DNA of 64,000 bases from Macrostomum lignano (taxonomy: Eukaryota), in contig NIVC01000841.1 in the NCBI GenBank assembly GCA_002269645.1, forward strand, positions 1 through 64,000. Reading direction: 5' to 3'. This document shows, piece by piece, positions 11,905 through 48,617 of this stretch. Numbering within the stretch: position 1 is the stretch's first letter; the number at the start of each line of letters is the position of its first letter. Position numbers and translations under genes: made by a program. The notes under the pieces were generated by a model, which ran no database searches, was not told the DNA's origin, and saw only the letters and a list, made by a program, of their open reading frames with translations.

Positions 11905-12345
11905 GCACAACAACAACAACAACAGAGTACGCTGTCAGTTCGCAAAAGCAGCGTCAGATGGCGCGCTTCGAAGCTTGGGCGCGAACAAACGCTGCACCGC
12001 CGGCAGAGTCCGGGGCGCCGGCGTCAGCCAGCAGACAGTCGACGTAGCGCCGAGTCCTCGCCTATCCCCGCCGGTAGGGTGCCTGCAACGTAAGTAGCAG
12101 CACCTCCTGCACCGGCTCCGGACAGTAGGCCTCGGCGCGGATGACGTGGCCTGCCAGCTGGAGTCGCCGACGGCGCAGCAGATCGCTAGGACGGGCCAGG
12201 GCGGCGCGATGATAGAGCGCCGTGTTGGTGACTCGCTCATTGCCGATCTTGAAGGCGGCGCGCAGCAGGCCAGCGTGCGCCGCGTCGACTTGAGCCTCGA
12301 GCGAGTCTGTCAGCGTCCAGGTCTCGGCGTTGTATAACAGGAAGG
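11905..12345 (-). mobile_element. 5'-truncated non-LTR retrotransposon (RTE-like) 3' end
   Basis: LYNAETWTL...LLRRRRLQLAGHVIR is the typical post-RT C-terminus (LYGxETW...RRLxWxGHVxR). Stop at 11954-11956, short 3'UTR, then a (GTT)n tail at 11906-11923. Confidence 0.85.
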
Positions 12346-12494
12346 CACACACTCATACACACGCTCACACAGGGTGTACAACGGTCCTGATTCTTTCTAA
12401 TCGTCAGGCATGTGCACTCTCTAAAGCATAAATGAATGTGGCTGAGACAGACAGCAGCTGTCGCTAGTTGCATTATTAGTACAATAATTGCTCG

Positions 12495-12726
12495 GGTCTA
12501 TGAGAATTTCCCGCCGAGGTTTTCCCTCAGGGTTTCTCCTGTCGGAAATTCAAGTCAAATCCAATCGGATTTGAAATCTAGTCTAGTTCTAATCTAGTCA
12601 AGTTTATGTCTAGTCTAGTCTAGTTTAGTCTAGTTCTAATCTAGTCAAGCATTGTCTATAGACTGTAAAAACCCTGCGGGCAAACCTCGGCGGTAAAACT
12701 TCCTGCGGGAAATTCTCGTGTTCCCC
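12495..12726. mobile_element. Mutator-like MITE with 9-bp TSD and internal (CTAGT)n
   Basis: Direct repeat AATTGCTCG at 12486-12494 and 12727-12735. Inverted termini share GAGAATTTCCCGC and begin with GG. Confidence 0.7.
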
Positions 12727-13055
12727 AATTGCTCGCTTTTTTATTTTCCCATTTTGGTAATAAAATAGTTGTGCTCTCACACGCTGGTAAAGTCTTCGAT
12801 ATTCTCAAATAAGCAACAAACAAAAAGAAGAAACCAAAGTGTACGCTGGAGAGAAGAGAGAGGAGAGAAGAAAACGAACAAAGATGCATGGACTCTACTC
12901 AGCCTGAGCACACGCACGCTCACACAGGGTGTACAACAACCCTGGCATGTACCCTCTCTGTGACTCGAAGGTTAGCAATGGCCTGTTGAACAATATATGA
13001 ACAGTATGTGCGCGTTATTAACGGTCAGTTCATAGTTGAAGCTGTTAGCTTAGTA

Positions 13056-37695
<24,640 letters not shown>

Positions 37696-38590
37696 CGCAG
37701 GGAGACTGTTGCTGAGTTGGAGATGGGGATGCTGAGTTTTAAATCCATCTCTTTATAGAGTCTCTCTCTCCTCTTAGATCCCTGATCGCCAACTGAAGCC
37801 GAAAAATGATAATTATTAAAAGCACCTGGCCAATAACCCATTGTCCATTGTCAGGCCAACCCAGGGCAGGATGGGGAAGGGGGTGGTGCCTGCCAGTTGC
37901 AGCTGGGGCTCATTGTCGGCACATGCCAAGGACTACTGAAATGTGCTAAGCAATAGTGGACTGGAAACTACCGTTTTGATAATTTGTCTAGATGCTCCGC
38001 AACATCTGAGTCCTCATTAATATAAACGATAATTGCAAAATTAGTTTCAAATCCAGATAGCTTAGTTTAGCACTCCTTGGCTGACAGCTATAGTAGAAGT
38101 CCATGAAAGAGCCCCCAAGCGGTCACAAGCGGTGAAGAGGTAATAAAATAAATTAATTGATTTTTCTTCTCTGCCTCTGAAACTGCCGCTACTGAGATAA
38201 CTGATTCAGTCATTGTGACTGGGAAAAATTAATTAGGCTCAGATGAAGTGTAATGGCAGGCTTATTGAATATGGACATTCTATTCTGGAAATATTTTAAA
38301 ATTCAATTGCCAGTGCAAGCAGTCGTCCTTAGTTCAATTGCATACCCGGCCTGACCCTTGTCCCCCCTTATTGCTGAATAAAAATTATAATTGCAGCAGG
38401 GCTGTGGAGCAAATATAATACAATAATAGTATTTATAAGATAAGACAAGATAATAATTGATAAGCTATTTACGTACTTGCAAACTCTGTGCAAATGCAAA
38501 TTATGCAAAGCGGTATGCAGCTTAATCTCATGAATTTTGGTGCAAAAAAGGCATTTTTTACGTGAAAAAACATCGAATTGTTTATGATGA

Positions 38591-40798
38591 TGTAACCACG
38601 CTCTGGTCGCGGGATAGGGCATGGGAACTTTTTCGAAAGTGCCTCCTATCCCGTGCACCCTCTGCACAGAGCTGTCGAGACTCGGCCAGGTCTCCGCCCA
38701 GGCCTGGAGACTCCCGCTCTGCTGCACCCCTCCTACTGCCTTGGTTCCGTCTCCCCTGCCGCCACACCTGCCTTTCCGGAGCTCCCTGTCCCTCTCTGTA
38801 CCCTCCCCTCTACCTTATCTCCCCTGCACTCCACCCTATTCTTCTTGTACTTTCCCTTAACCCCCTCTTTTTGTCTCTCTCTGCACTCTTTTCCTGCGCT
38901 GTCCCCTCCTTCTCTGTGTCTACTTACAGTATTTGGTGTGCTCACCGTCTCCCCATCCCCTCCCAAACTCCCAAACGGTGACGCAAGTCGTGTGACCCCT
39001 TCTTCCCCCCGATGACTCATCGATGACTCATCCCCCTCTCTTGCGCAACCTTTTCTCATGCTATTGTTCTCCTTCCCAAATTTCTCATGTGACACCCACC
39101 CCACCTCCGCTCCTATTGTTCTCGATTTTGATTCTTTTGTTCTCTCGACCCCCACCAATTATCACATTTTCTCCGATTTTCTCTTTCTTTTGTTCTCGTT
39201 TTCGCACCTAATTATCACCTTTTCCCCAATGTTTACTTTTCCATTGTTCTCAGTTCTCCCCAATTATCCCCGATTTCCAATTCCTTTGTTCTCGACCCCA
39301 GCCCTATTGTTCTCAATGTTTGCTTGCGCAACACTTTCGCGACCACCCGCTGCGCCAATTATCCCCCACCCCACCTCCGGATTGCGCAATTTCCCTATTT
39401 CTCATGTTGCTATGCCGGTCTCATGCTTCTCATCATGACTCATTCTGACGTCATTCTGCCGGCAGCCAATCAGAGAGAGGGAGCCATGGTAACGACCTTG
39501 AGGAGGCGGCTGTGAGGTCTATAAAAGGAAGCGATTTCGGCATGAGAATCCTCACACGGTTCAACTCTTCCTCCTTGGCGCCTCTTTGGGCTTGCCGTCA
39601 GACTGAGTTCTGACCCATTCGTCTATAAGACGAATCCCTGCCGGTCCGCGGTCTGTTACTGCCAAGTTATCCTTAGCTCCCCAAGTGAGATTGCCTATCG
39701 GCCAGCGGTCTGATACCGCCCAGCATCATCAGCATCGCCTGATCTACATCAGCGCTTCGTCGCTCCAGCGCATCGCCGCTTCACTGTCTGCCTGACTGCA
39801 GCCTACAGCCACCCTCGGTCACTCCGCCTCTCTCTCTCTCTCTGTGCAGCTGCCGGTAAGTTCCTGTTACTAATTTGTGCTCTAATTGCCTTTGCTTATC
39901 CGGGGTTTGCCTGTTTTCCATTGTCTGATTAGAGAGCTGAGCCAATTGTGATACCGTATCTTTTGCTGTATTTTACTCAATAGTGAAGTCGCTTAATCGC
40001 CTGATTATTCGCCTAAGGGCCTAATTATTAACTATTAACGAACTTCATCATTATTCAATCTTTCACCATCATTTAACTCATGGCTTGCTAAGCCTTTCTC
40101 CCGGGGTGGCAAAGCATAAGGAAGTTTGGCTAAGCTAATGGCCTCTCCCCGTGCAAAGCCCGCCTGTGAGTGCGTGCTGCGGGGCCGCGTGTGCGTGCAG
40201 TAGAGGGATTAGCGAGTCTTGGCACAGAATGGCAGTCGGAAGGTTGCAACCCCATGCTAACGCGTCCCTTCGCCCTGAGCAATCTAAACTGTAGACAGTA
40301 CATGTTCGCCTCATACTACTCTTAGTAATCAAAGTCGCAAGTCAGCCTCGCTCACAGCCACAAAGGATCCCCTGCTGAGAAATCCTCCAGATTGAGCCCA
40401 GAGTTCCCGATCATGCCCCAAGCAGAGTCCCTGTACTCGGCTGCATGCGTCTCCCCTGTTAGCCTAAATCTCCTGGTAACCATCCCAGGCGGGGCTCTAG
40501 CCTCGAGAGGTCTGGTAGAAAGATCCAGGTGCGCCAGGTCACATAGAGTGGTGGCAGCCACTCGGTCATACTATGACCGAGTGACCAACTATTGCACCTT
40601 GGCTACAGGTGGGGTCCATGTGGGTCCTTGGCCCTCTGGTCACGAAGCGCTACCAAAGCTACTAATCATGTGGGCGGGACAGTCTGGTGCTGGAGGTCCG
40701 TCAGGTCATTGCCCGGTCATAGGCAGCCTACGGTCATTGCCCCCTCTAGTCATGCGTTCGTCTCTCTACGGAGCGGACAGGCGACAAGGGCGGTTACA
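38591..40798 (+). mobile_element. Probable long solo LTR or LTR-derived segment
   Basis: Termini TGTAACC and GGTTACA form a 7-bp inverted repeat with TG...CA. Internal Pol II promoter and splice donor. No TSD or coding remnant confirmed. Confidence 0.4.
39436..39526 (+). promoter_or_regulatory. Compact promoter: AP-1, CRE, CCAAT, partial X-box, TATA
   Basis: TGACTCA 39436-39442, TGACGTCA 39446-39453, AGCCAATCA about 39464-39472, GCCATGGTAAC about 39483-39493, TATAAAA 39520-39526. Donor GTAAGT at 39856. Confidence 0.6.
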
Positions 40799-41169
40799 TC
40801 AATGAAATTCAAGAAATTTGTTAAATTAACTGTCTGGAACACCGTGCATTTCAGTTCAAAATTTATAACATTTCCCGGTTAATTAGTCCCGGAAGTAGCA
40901 AAAGTGTCACAAATCAAGTTTTTAGCTTTTTATAGATAATTTTTTACCCAATGAACCGAATCTCTAGAAATTGCACACAAATATGCCTCGTTATGTGGAA
41001 AATCAGGCGTCATAAAAATATTGCCGTCCTATTGCGTTTTTTGCCTCATTTCAAGCTAAATATTAAAAAATCGCTACTCTGATCGATTTTCAATCACTTT
41101 TTTCACACATTAGCATGAGCAGAAAAAAATGAGCATGGCCTCGGGTTCTCTCGCTCTCGGCTCGTTCAC

Positions 41170-41535
41170 TGGTGGAACTAGGGATTAGGGATTAGGAATA
41201 GAGATTAAGGCAAGGACGACTTACATGTACGAGTAAGTAACGTATATAGTGTCTACTTAAGTAGTCCTTGGATTAGGGATTAAAGATTAGAGTAGGGATT
41301 AGGAATAATGGATTAGGAATTAGGGATTAGGGATTAGAGTAGGGATTAGGAATAATGGATTAGGAATTACGGATTAGGGATTACAGTAGGGATTAGGAAT
41401 AATGGATTATGGATTAGGGATAGGGATTAGGAATTAGGTATTCGAGATAGGGATTAATGATTAGGGATTAGAGTAGATTTGGGGATTAGGGATTAAGGAT
41501 AGGGATTAGGGATTAGAGTTGGGATTAGGGTTACA
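41170..41535 (+). repeat. Degenerate telomere-like (GGGATTA/TTAGGG)n tract
   Basis: Repeats of GATTAGGG and GATTAGGA. Confidence 0.8.
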
Positions 41536-42085
41536 GTTAGGTTAGACCGTATTATTTTTGGCAGTCAAAACGCCGTAGACTCGAAAGAAGAGCCGCAGTT
41601 CGAGGTATGCAGAGTCGATCATGTCGCAATTCTGTTTCTGGTTATGACGAAGTTTTCAATAGCTCGCAGGATTTCAATTGAACCGGCCTGACCTCGTGTA
41701 TGCATCAGTTTGCAATGATCATGGAGCAACTCTACGCTAACTTTACTTCATACGGCAGAATTCCCCAGTTTAGAAGAAGCAAGGCAGCAGCGCGCACAGA
41801 TGCTAAATTTATTTATTATCTGTGGCAGCGCGTGCAGCGGCGCGGTTTACCACCCCCCCCACCCACCTTGTAATCGCCCACACATGACAGTTTTGCAAAC
41901 GTTCAAATTGACAATTTTCTCAGCAGCAAAGGCAGTAAATTATAAGCACAGGCAGCGATGCACCCAGCTGCTCAAACAGGAACTCGTGTCAAAGAGAGAG
42001 GAGCCAGACAAGAAAAAAAGTTTTGCCAGATTTCCCTGCCCAATTAAGGCGAGCAGCCAGTGAGAAGGCCGGCTCGTTCAGTCAA

Positions 42086-42091
42086 TATAAG
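42086..42091 (+). promoter_or_regulatory. Candidate TATA box of the EFLamide gene
   Basis: TATAAG about 100 bp upstream of the ATG. Confidence 0.4.
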
Positions 42092-42183
42092 GTGCAACAA
42101 TTGCTCTGCTTCGATTCCACTTGTCTTCTAGCAGCAAAATCTTCTTTCGTTTGTTATTGTTGAAAATATCAGCGGAAGATCTC

Positions 42184-42719
42184 ATGAAATCTGCACGCTT
42201 CGCTTTGATGCTGCTGATGGCGATGACGGCGGTGACTGTGGAGCCCAGGCCGTGTAAGACGAATAAGAACTTTATTGACGGTTCTGTGTGCTACACCCTT
42301 TGTTGGGTGGGTGATTAGCCAGCCAGACAGACAGACAGGCAGACACTAAGACACTAAGACAGACAGACAGACAGACACACAGAGAGACAGGCAGGCAGAC
42401 ACTAAGACAGAGAGACAGACAGACAGACACACAGACAAGACAGACAGACACACAGACAAGACAGACACACAGACACCAAGACAGACACAGAGAGGCTTAG
42501 ATTCGCTAATCAACTCCTTAATTTCACCGCATCCCCCCCCCAGTTGACACCGACCGACCCAGCCCGATAGAAAAGCGAGTGTCCGAGTTTCTAGGAAAAC
42601 GCGGCAGCCCGTGGCCGGTGCTCCCGCCGGAGGAGGAGACATCGGCTGAGGCTCTGGCCAAGTGGCTGCGCCAAAACGAGCGCCGCTACAGAAAGAGAAT
42701 CTCGGAATTTCTCGGCTGA
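42184..42719 (+). CDS. EFLamide/TRH-type neuropeptide precursor, 81 aa, 2 exons
   Basis: join(42184-42253,42544-42719) with a phase-1 GTAAGA...CCCCCAG intron. Protein: [81 protein letters not shown]. Confidence 0.85.
42320..42495. repeat. (GACA)n-type microsatellite in the neuropeptide intron
   Basis: Degenerate run. Confidence 0.85.
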
Positions 42720-43069
42720 ACGTTCTGAGCGCGTGCAGCAGGATGATCAAACTATAACAAATATTATTGATTTACAATTTCTGTTCGTGAACTAGAGCTG
42801 TATGAGCTACCCAAACATTGACAAAACATTCCAACTTGGAAACTAAATTATGCCGAATAAAGATGCGCTGGACGAATCCTGTCAGCAGGATTGAATGCTA
42901 AGATGCTTTTTACAGCTGCCCACTGTTGCAACAGAACTGCAACCTAAGCCTACGAATGCTGCGTTTGATTCGGGATGCTGATAATGACTACAGAATTATA
43001 AAAGATTTTGGGTAGCTTGCAAAGGAGCTATCAGGATCCGCTCTCCGAAGTTGGTGCCTCCTTTGTAGC

Positions 43070-43545
43070 TAGCGCCCCCTCTGTAGCTGGCGCCCTCTGT
43101 AGCTAGCGCCCCTCCCTCTGTAGCTGTATGGCGCCCCCTTAGTACTCGTAGCTGGCGCCCTCTGTAGCTAGCGCCCCTCTCTCTGTAGCTGGCGCCCTCT
43201 GTAGCTAGCGCCCCTCCCTCTGTAGCTGTATGGCGCCCCCTTAGTACTCGTAGCTGGCGCCCTCTGTAGCTAGCGCCCCTCCCTCTGTAGCTGGCGCCGC
43301 CTCTAGCTAGCGCCCCCTTAGTACTCGTAGCTGGCGCCCTCTGTAGCTAGCGCCCCTCCCTCTGTAGCTGGCGCCCCCTTTGTACTCGTGGCTGGCGCCC
43401 TCTGTAGCTGGCACCCTCTGTAGCTGGCGCCCTCTGTAGCTGGCGCCCTCTGTAGCTGGCGCCCTCTGTAGCTAGCGCCCCCTGTAGCTAGCGCCCCCTC
43501 CCTCTGTAGCTAGCGCCCCCTGTAGCTGTTTGGCCCTTTCTGTAG
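43070..43545. repeat. GGCGCC-core minisatellite CTCTGTAGCT(G/A)GCGCC
   Basis: Variable 16-20-bp units. Confidence 0.9.
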
Positions 43546-44529
43546 CCACCGCTCCTCTGTAATTGGCGCCCCCTCTGTACCTGGCGCCCCACTGTAGTCC
43601 CGTGCGCGGCCACATACATCCGCGCGGCTTATATGCACGAAAATTGATGAGGGGATCAATTTCACACCTACGAGGCCCAGCCCCCAAAAGGCACAGAGAC
43701 TGTACACGCCTGACGGTCAGAAAGTCTGGGCTGCTGTACACTCTGTGAGAGCGTGCTTAGGGCATGACTTGGCTCGCCTCTTTGCTGACTGCAAGAAAAA
43801 TTTAGCAGAAAAGTGAAGCTAAAAAACGCACCAAGAAAACAATTTGCAGTGCCTTGAACAGGAACATTAAGAGAATACTGGCAGATTGCAGACAAAATGG
43901 CAGACAACACGTAGATTAATAAATTTCATATATATTTTAGTCTGCAGTGCGTCAGTGCTGTTCCGAAGTTCCATATTTCATATTTCATATGTAAATATAT
44001 ATAATATGTCAATAAACCACAATTGACGAGATTACATTAATCATAATATACTTGGTTATTCACTAGCTTGCGACAGGGCCCCCATTTAATCCATACCAAT
44101 ACTATACAATACAAATATTAAGATGAAATAAAAATGCAATCTATTTTTATGTTGTTTTCAAAATAACTAATGTCACACTAATAATAAATATCGTTGGAAA
44201 AATAACACATTAATCATATAATACCATATACTTATACCATTCAGAGTATACTAATATTAACTAAATATGTTTCGTTTGGGACAATAAACTAGTTGGTTAG
44301 TAAATTATTAAAAAAATACAGATTTGAGAATTCATACTTGTTATTCTATTGAAACCTCTGTCAGCAAATTTGATGAAGTATTAGAGTAATAGATGAAGAA
44401 TATTTTGAATAGCACTGATGAGGGAGGCGCATAGTAGTTTTACAGATGCAATTATCATATAAGCAAGTGTAGCCTCTGATAATTTATCAATTTAAAATTA
44501 TTTATTAAATGGTGAATCAAAGAGCATTC

Positions 44530-44990
44530 CGTGAGTCATCGATGCATTTAATGAGTCATTTAAGGATTGAAGTGAGTCATCGATGCATTCAATGAGTCAT
44601 TTAAGGATTGAAGTGAGTCACCGATGCATTAATGAGTCATTTAAGGATTGAAGTGAGTCACCGATGCATTCAGTGAGTCATTTAAGGATTGAAGTGAGTC
44701 ATCGATGCATTCAATGAGTCATTTAAGGATTGAAGTGAGTCATCGATGCATTCAGTGAGTCATTTAAGGATTGAAGTGAGTCATCGATGCATTCAGTGAG
44801 TCATTTAAGGATTGAAGTGAGTCATCGATGCATTCAGTGAGTCATTTAAGGATTTAAGTGAGTCACCGATGCACTCAGTGAGTCATTAAAGGATTTAAGT
44901 GAGTCATTTAATGATTTAAGTGAGTCATTTAAAGATTTAAGTGAGTCATATTCAGTGAGCAACCAAGTGAGTCATCAGTGAGTCATCAAT
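44530..44990. repeat. 41-bp minisatellite with two TGAGTCA (AP-1) motifs per unit
   Basis: Unit GTGAGTCATCGATGCATTCAGTGAGTCATTTAAGGATTGAA. Confidence 0.92.
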
Positions 44991-45119
44991 GCTTGATAAT
45001 AGGTCACCAACTCAATAATCAGCGAGTCATGTCTTTAGAATAAATTAGCAAGCGAACCCTAAAAACCAAAGCAAAAAAGATAGAGAAAAACACAGGTATA
45101 TATGTATAAACAGCTTCTT

Positions 45120-48100
45120 TTAGAAGGCGGTCAGTTGCTGCTGCTGCTGCTGCTGGGGCGCCCTGGCCCGGCAGATGTACAGCTGCAACAGACGCCGCTT
45201 GGTGCCGCTCATATCGCCCAGATGCAGCATCAGGGAGTCGCCAACCTTGAGCTGCACCTGTACTAAGCAGAATATCGCCGCCTTTCGTATCGGCGACTCC
45301 TGATGCTCGCAGGCCCTGACCAGGCCGGGGCAGAGCTCTGCTAGCAGGCGTTCGAGCAGACCAGAGTCAGCCTCTTGAACTACTCGCATCTCCATCTTGA
45401 TTGCCGCCAAAGTGATTGGCACCTCAGAGTCCAGCACAATGGGAATGAGGACTCGGAGAATCTGATCAGCTGGCAGGCAGGCAGACAGAGCTTTGGCGCA
45501 ATCGTCCGCGGCTTTGGCTACAGACCGGTCCTGATCTCTGTGCGCTTCCAGCACCTTCAATACGGTGACCTCGACAAAGTCAACGAATCTGGCCGACTCG
45601 GCTCGGAGTAGCTCTTGCAGGGCGGACAGAGCGCAGGCTCGAATGTCACTCTGAAGGATTTGTGGGATGAAAACAGCACATTGCCGGATCAAAAGGTGGC
45701 AGTAACAAGGGTGTCAGATGAGGCGTCGATAAAAAGGGTGTCAGACAAGAGGTGTCAGATGAGACGTCAGTAAGCAGGGTGTCAGACAAGAGATGTCAGA
45801 TGAGGCGTCAGTAAACAGGGTGTCAGACAAGAGACGTCAGTAAACAGGATGTCAGACAAGAGATGTCAGTAAACAGGATGTCAGACAAGAGATGTCAGTA
45901 AAAAGGATGTCAGACAAGAGATGTCAGTAAACAGGATGTCAGACAAGAGATGTCAGTAAACAGGGTGTCAGACAAGAGATGTCAGTAAACAGGATGTCAC
46001 ACAAGAGATGTCAGTAAACAGGATGTCACACAAGAGATGTCAGTAAACAGGATGTCAGGACCAGTGTCACAATGAGTCTCACGGACTAAACAGAGACACA
46101 CAAGAGGAGGAATAAGAACACAATGATTGCCCTCAGTTCTGGGCGTGTCTTCAGTTAAATTTATTTTTACCAGGAGACACGGCTGAAAAATACGTAGCTT
46201 AACTGGCAAAAACGCCCACAAAACAAGCTGGGAACCCCCCAGCCGCCGCTCACCTCATTTTCGGACAGAGTTTCCAACAAAATTAGCAGGATATTCTTGA
46301 AGTGATCGTCCCAGTTCAACGCGGTCTTGTCACGAACCAGTCCAATTAGTCGTTGCATGCAAAACTTTCTTTGCTCGTGTCTGAGAAGGTTGGGTAGAAG
46401 CTGACAGTTAGACAGGAAAAGGTGTTGACAGCAATTTAGAATTGGCCTGCAACTTTCTTTGATGGAAGAAAACTCAAAATTTAATGACCCGAGGAAGACC
46501 AAAGCTAGCAAGCAGGTCAAGTCAATTAAAATAATCTCCAATTGAAGAGATTTTGTCAATTTAATCATTAATTAATGGGAAACTCAAAGCCCTTGGCGAA
46601 CTTGAAAAAAAACGTTGTTAGTCTGAGTCAGTTTTACAGAGACAGTCCCTGTCTCTTGGTGGGCGCCCCTGTCTCTTGGTAGAAGCCACTATCTCTTGGT
46701 AGAAGCCACTATCTCTTGGTGGGCGCCCCTGTCTCTTGGTAGAAGCCACTATCTCTTGGTGGGCGCCCCTGTCTCTTGGTAGAAGCCACTATCTCTTGGT
46801 GGGCGCCCCTGTCTCTTGGTAGAAGCCACTGTCTCTTGGTGAGCGCCCCTGTCTCTTGGTGGGCGCCCCTGTCTCTTGGTAGAAGCCACTGTCTCTTGGT
46901 GGGCGCCCCTGTCTCTTGGTAGAAGCCACTATCTCTTGGTGGGCGCCCCTGTCTCTTGGTAGAAGCCACTATCTCTTGGTGGGCGCCCCTGTCTCTTGGT
47001 AGAAGCCACTATCTCTTGGTGGGCGCCCCTGTCTCTTGGTAGAAGCCACTGTCTCTTGGTGAGCGCCCCTGTCTCTTGGTGGGCGCCCCTGTCTCTTGGT
47101 GGGCGCCCCTGTCTCTTGGTGGGCGCCCCTGTCTCTTGGTAGACGCCACTGTCTCTTGGTAGAAGCCACTGTCTCTTGGTAGACGCCACTGTCTCTTGGT
47201 AGAAGCCACTGTCTGTTGATAGAAGCCACTATCTCTTGGTAGAAGCCACTATCTCTTGGTAGAAGCCACTGTCTGTTGATAGACGCCACTGTCCCTTGGT
47301 AGAAGCCACTATCTCTTGGTAGAAGCCACTGTCTGTTGGTAGACGCCACTATCTCTCGGTAGAAGCTACTGTTTCTTGCTAGAAGCCACTGTCTCTTGGT
47401 AGACGCCACTGTCTCTTGGTAGACGCCACTGTCTCTTGGTAGACGCCACTGTCTCTTGATAGACGCCACTGTCTCTTGGTAGAAGCCACTGTCTGTTGAT
47501 AGAAGCCACTATCTCTTGGTAGAAGCCACTGTCCCTTGGTAGAAGCCACTATCTCTTGGTAGAAGCCACTGTCTGTTGGTAGAAGCCACTATCTCTCGGT
47601 AGAAGCCACTGTTTCTTGTTAGAAGCCATTGTCTCTTGGTAGAGCGATTTTGTTAGACTTTAGACTTTTGTTAGACTTTTGTTAGAGCGATTGGTAATCG
47701 CTGGGGGGGGGGTTTCAGGCCTCTCTCTGACCCCCAGCCCGCGTACACGCCAGTAATCTGAGTATTGGGTCAAGAAGCATTAGCAATAAACTATTGTATT
47801 TACTGCAGAACCAGACAAAAACAACAGAAGAGACAATCACCATTAAAAACAATTGAAAAACAATTTCTACTGTAAGATAAAAAAACACATGCTTAAAATA
47901 TAAGCAATTTTACAGACAGGCAACCCATGCAAAACATATTGATCGATTTTGTTTAGACTGAGTAATTACTATACTACTACTGTGTGCATAGAGTAGTATA
48001 TACGCAATGAAAATATAAAATTCGGTGCATTCCACTGCCAGCTGTTCTAAGGGACACAATAACCGCACTACAACAAGCCACCCGACTCTTAGGACCTCTT

Positions 48101-48365
48101 CGGCGTTAAACTGCGACTTCGCCGAGAGCAAGAGGGCGCCAGACTTTTGACTTCCTCAGCTGCAGCCCCCGCTGAGTCTGAGAATTTTGTCACCGGGCGA
48201 GAACTTCGGCTGCGACTGATTGCGCCTGCTGCCGGGCCGCGAGCTGGGACTTCCTGCCTTCTTTGGGAGCTGCAGATCAGTTGCGCACAGATGGATAGAT
48301 AGATAGATAGATAGATAGATGGATAGATAGATAGATGGATAGATAGATAGATAGATAGATAGATG

Positions 48366-48429
<64 letters not shown>

Positions 48430-48506
48430 CATAGATAGATAGATACATAGATAGATAGATGGATAGATAGATAGATAAATAGATGGATAGATAGATTAAA
48501 TAGATG

Positions 48507-48557
<51 letters not shown>

Positions 48558-48558
48558 G

Positions 48559-48617
<59 letters not shown>

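Noticed and set aside
39590-39645. Two small hairpins as a possible hammerhead ribozyme
   Set aside because: The CUGANGA/GAAA core is not present in the required arrangement.
42121-42318. Unspliced small Cys-containing secreted peptide (…[23 protein letters not shown])
   Set aside because: A strong GTAAGA donor at 42254 splices in frame to the EFLamide exon, which is a much better explanation.
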